A stretch of 64,000 nucleotides of DNA from an uncultured Clostridia bacterium (lineage in GTDB: Bacteria > Bacillota > Clostridia > TANB77 > CAG-465). Location of the stretch: positions 6,551 through 70,550 of the forward strand of contig CALXBS010000002.1 of the NCBI GenBank assembly GCA_944386605.1. Reading direction: 5' to 3'. The notes under the pieces were generated by a model that saw only the letters and a program-made list of their open reading frames with translations, searched no databases and was not told where the DNA came from. How positions within the stretch are numbered: position 1 is the first letter of the stretch; each line of letters opens with the position of its first letter. The position numbers and the translations under genes were made by a program. Below are positions 60,955 through 64,000 of the stretch, piece after piece.

Positions 60955-63060
60955 TTAAAACGATATGTTATTTTCAACTACATTTTGTACTTTTTCATTT
61001 TGTTTATCTTCTACTGTCATATTAAAATATTCGTCAGTAATAGCTCTTACAACATGTGCTGTATAAAGTCCTTCTTCTCCATGTTCAATTACTGCAACAA
61101 CTGCAATTTTAGGATTATCATAAGGAGCAAATCCTACAAATATACCATCATTAGAACCACTTGCTACTTGTGCAGTTCCTGTTTTTCCAGCCACTTGAAT
61201 ATTACTTCCTCTAAAAATAGAGGCAGCCGTTCCTCCTGTTTCACTTGTAACAGAAAGCATTCCTTCTTTTACTGCATTTAAAGTTGTTTCATCGATTTCT
61301 ATATTTCTCTCTTCAAAATCCACTCCTGTAAAATTCTTGGTATATTCTAATAATTCTGTAAGTGGAATACTTTCATCTTCTTTTCCAACTTCTTTTACAA
61401 CCGAAACTTTGTTTAACTTACCACCATTTGCAATTGCGGAAATATAGTTTACAAGTTCAATAGGTGTAAAAGAATTATATGACTGACCAATTGCAGCAGA
61501 TAAAGTATCTCCTAAATACCAACCACTTTCTGGTTTGGTTTCACCAGCAATATTTCCTTTAATTTCTTGACTAAGTTCAATTCCTGTTTTTTCTCCTAGT
61601 CCAAACAGTTTTGCTGTTTCTACAATTTGATCAATTCCAATCCTTCTTCCTACTTCATAAAAATAACAGTTACAAGAACCTTTAATTGCTCCTGTTAAAT
61701 TAATTGGACCATGTGTAGTCCCATTATAGGTATATAACCAACATTTTGGATGATAACTATATGGATAAACACCAGGATCTGTATAAATTTCATCCACCGT
61801 AATTTGATTTGCTTTAATTCCTGCAATTCCAACTAACATTTTAAAAGTAGAACCAGGAGAATACCAATTAGATACTACTCTGTTTAACATAGGCTTATTT
61901 ATATCCGTATTAATACTATTCCATTCTTCTACACTCATTCCTGTAACAAATTTATTAATATCATAACTTGGATAACTTGCAAGCGCTAATACCTCTCCTG
62001 TTTGTACATCTAATACCACCACTGCTCCTGCATTGGTATCTGGAATAGGTGTACCTGTAATAGATCCATCTTTTAAACGATTAATTGTATCTTCTAATGC
62101 ACTTTCTGCTACTTTTTGTAAACGATAATCAATTGTTAATGTCACATTTTGGCCTGAAACTGCCTCTTTAGAAACACTTTCTTCCGATATATTTCCTTTT
62201 GAATCCGTAATTACCTTTTTTTCACCATCTTCACCCTTTAAATAATATTCAAAAGACTCTTCTATCCCAAGTTTTCCAATCACACTATTTAAAGTATATC
62301 CCTCTTCTTTTTTAGCAGCATATTCTTGACTGTCTATTTTAGAAACATATCCTAATACATGAGCTGCTAAAGTACCATTAGGATAATATCGAATAGGACT
62401 AGATGAAATATTAACACCATATAGTCCTGCTTTTTCTTCTTCAATTTGTGCAACCGATTTTTCTGAAATATTTTTAGCTACTATCGCTCCATTAAATAAA
62501 GAATAGCCATTTACATTCCCCTCATACTTTACTTGAATAATTTTCTTTTGCATAATAGGATCTTCAATATGCTCCAGTCCATATTTTTCAATATAAGAAT
62601 CAATGACTTCTTCAAAGCTTAAATCTTCTTCTAAAAGAACACTTTCTTTCCATTTTTTCTCTTCCTCTTCGGATGAAAAAGAAAAACCTGTTAGATCATC
62701 ATTTATTGGAAAGGTAGAATAGATTTTATCTCCATTTCCCTCTAAAATTTGAATTAATCTTTCAATCGAATGATTCTGTTCTTCTGTTTCTACTTTAACA
62801 CGATAAAGTTGTACATTATAAGCTAGTTTATTAGTAGCAAGAACAACACCATTTCGGTCATAAATTTCTCCACGAGCTGCTTCTACTGTTTCTGTTCTTA
62901 CCATTCTTTTTTCAGCTTGTTCACGAAAATCAGCTCCTTGTAAAATTTGTAAATTAAAAAGCTGTAAGATAAAAATAACAGATACCAAGATGATAATAAT
63001 GGATAATATAAGTTCTCTATTATTTAAAAATTCCATAAATTTTGCATACATTTTTTTCAT
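60955..63060 (-). CDS. mrdA: class B penicillin-binding protein (PBP2/MrdA-like transpeptidase)
   Basis: Signal anchor; STFK, SCN (KGSCNCY) and KTGTA motifs; follows mreD. Confidence 0.88.
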   Translation of the reverse strand: MKKMYAKFMEFLNNRELILSIIIILVSVIFILQLFNLQILQGADFREQAEKRMVRTETVEAARGEIYDRNGVVLATNKLAYNVQLYRVKVETEEQNHSIERLIQILEGNGDKIYSTFPINDDLTGFSFSSEEEEKKWKESVLLEEDLSFEEVIDSYIEKYGLEHIEDPIMQKKIIQVKYEGNVNGYSLFNGAIVAKNISEKSVAQIEEEKAGLYGVNISSSPIRYYPNGTLAAHVLGYVSKIDSQEYAAKKEEGYTLNSVIGKLGIEESFEYYLKGEDGEKKVITDSKGNISEESVSKEAVSGQNVTLTIDYRLQKVAESALEDTINRLKDGSITGTPIPDTNAGAVVVLDVQTGEVLALASYPSYDINKFVTGMSVEEWNSINTDINKPMLNRVVSNWYSPGSTFKMLVGIAGIKANQITVDEIYTDPGVYPYSYHPKCWLYTYNGTTHGPINLTGAIKGSCNCYFYEVGRRIGIDQIVETAKLFGLGEKTGIELSQEIKGNIAGETKPESGWYLGDTLSAAIGQSYNSFTPIELVNYISAIANGGKLNKVSVVKEVGKEDESIPLTELLEYTKNFTGVDFEERNIEIDETTLNAVKEGMLSVTSETGGTAASIFRGSNIQVAGKTGTAQVASGSNDGIFVGFAPYDNPKIAVVAVIEHGEEGLYTAHVVRAITDEYFNMTVEDKQNEKVQNVVENNISF

Positions 63061-63062
63061 CC

Positions 63063-63605
63063 TTAGTACCTCCCTTTGATCTTATATTTCATATCCTCAT
63101 TTTCTACTTTTTTTGCAATTTTATAAATCATGCCATAAACCAAATAAACAATGGCAATATTTAAAATAGAGCTCATAAAAATTTGTTTTACCAAAAACCA
63201 TATGCTACTATAGCTTCCTATCAAAATGGTGTAGCTAACATATTGAATGAATTCAAATATCACAACTGCCATAAAAGTAACATATACCAAAGATAGTTTA
63301 TTTTCTTTTTGATAATTATCATTTAAAAATCCAATTACCATTCCTGTTATAGTATAAGAAAGGGTAAAAATACCATGTGTGTTACCAAATAGAATATCTG
63401 TTAAAAATCCTATAAAAAAAGAAAAAATGGTACCAGGATAAAGACCAAACCATAAACTTACTACAATCACACTAATTAAAATTAAATTTGGTTTAAAACC
63501 AAAAAGAGAATGCTGATTAATGACAAATAATTGCAATAAATAAATGGCAATGATCACAAGCGCAATATAAAGTCCTTTTAAATGTTTTTTCAATTCTTTC
63601 CTCAC
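63063..63605 (-). CDS. mreD: rod shape-determining protein MreD
   Basis: 180 aa, 5 TM, immediately downstream of mreC. Confidence 0.78.
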   Translation of the reverse strand: MRKELKKHLKGLYIALVIIAIYLLQLFVINQHSLFGFKPNLILISVIVVSLWFGLYPGTIFSFFIGFLTDILFGNTHGIFTLSYTITGMVIGFLNDNYQKENKLSLVYVTFMAVVIFEFIQYVSYTILIGSYSSIWFLVKQIFMSSILNIAIVYLVYGMIYKIAKKVENEDMKYKIKGRY

Positions 63606-63606
63606 C

Positions 63607-64000
63607 CTATTCTATAATCACACCTACTTCTGATATTTTTCTGATGTCTACGTTTGGCTCTACAATAGCATAACGATTTACATCATTTTTATCACTACTA
63701 ATTTCTAAAATTTTCCCTACTGGAATAGAGCTTGGATACATAGATCCTAAACCAGAAGTGTATAAAATATCGGAAATAGCAACTTCTATATCCAAAGGAA
63801 TATAAGTTAATTTTAATTTATTCTGAGACTTTAACTCTAAATCTCCTTTTAAAACGGCTGGTTCATTAACCGTACTTAAATTTACACTCACAGAAGAAGT
63901 TGGATCAAGTATGGTTGTAACCACACTTGTATCATTGCTAACTGCAGAAATATAGCCCACTAATCCTTCTTCATGAACCACCGCTTGCTTTAATTTTACA
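63607..64000 (-). CDS. mreC: rod shape-determining protein MreC (C-terminal part; the start lies beyond the window)
   Basis: GLVG.I..V....S.V..I.D..S...V......G.L.G....L...YIP.......GD...TSG.G..YP.G.P.G.I is the MreC C-terminal beta-barrel pattern. Confidence 0.82.
   Translation of the reverse strand, partial: VKLKQAVVHEEGLVGYISAVSNDTSVVTTILDPTSSVSVNLSTVNEPAVLKGDLELKSQNKLKLTYIPLDIEVAISDILYTSGLGSMYPSSIPVGKILEISSDKNDVNRYAIVEPNVDIRKISEVGVIIE

Noticed and set aside
1-64000. CRISPR arrays, IS elements, integrases or prophage genes
   Set aside because: I found no direct-repeat/spacer periodicity, no transposase/integrase/recombinase-like ORF and no terminal inverted repeats on reading through. 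Only local hairpins (terminators) and one homopolymer were found.

Overview
The window is AT-rich, low-GC chromosomal DNA that looks Firmicute; my guess is Clostridia- or Erysipelotrichia-like, judging from gene content and Shine-Dalgarno usage. Most of it is tightly packed housekeeping genes: typA, a MarR regulator, plsC, cmk, serS, engB, dapA, a U32 peptidase, rlmB, lepA, uppP, a class A PBP, priA, glmM, rpoZ, a class B PBP and mreD/mreC. The accessory content is of four kinds. (1) At the left edge is a beta-1,2-glucan-type locus. It holds an 1875-aa multidomain membrane protein that looks like a cyclic-glucan synthase (a glycosyltransferase domain between TM blocks, then a C-terminal GH94 domain) and the start of a separate GH94 phosphorylase. 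(2) From about 45 kb to 60 kb there is a 15-kb same-strand cell-wall glycopolymer locus. It encodes galE, roughly eleven glycosyltransferase domains (GT4, GT2, two GtrB-like, a GT-C-like/GtrA fusion, GT32, two tandem paralogous GT-B domains and a GT4-GT2 fusion), a TagG/TagH-type ABC exporter and a phosphohexomutase. One GT2 gene carries a T14 coding homopolymer. (3) Several isolated oddities stand out. An orphan mazF/ndoA toxin lies next to a YdcC-like gene with no antitoxin ORF. A receiver domain is fused to a degenerate histidine-kinase core in which His is replaced by Gln. A consensus-promoter operon encodes a 39-aa helical peptide and a 755-aa acidic coiled-coil, low-complexity protein. 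(4) Three short islands are conspicuously richer in G/C than their surroundings, each ending at a strong terminator. One is a 61-aa small gene transcribed divergently from the marR gene, one follows dapA, and one follows the smr gene and the response-regulator gene. I could not place any of them in a known RNA family. No rRNA, tRNA, CRISPR array or recognisable mobile element was found. All calls rest on reading the translated ORFs and the raw sequence; no database search was possible.
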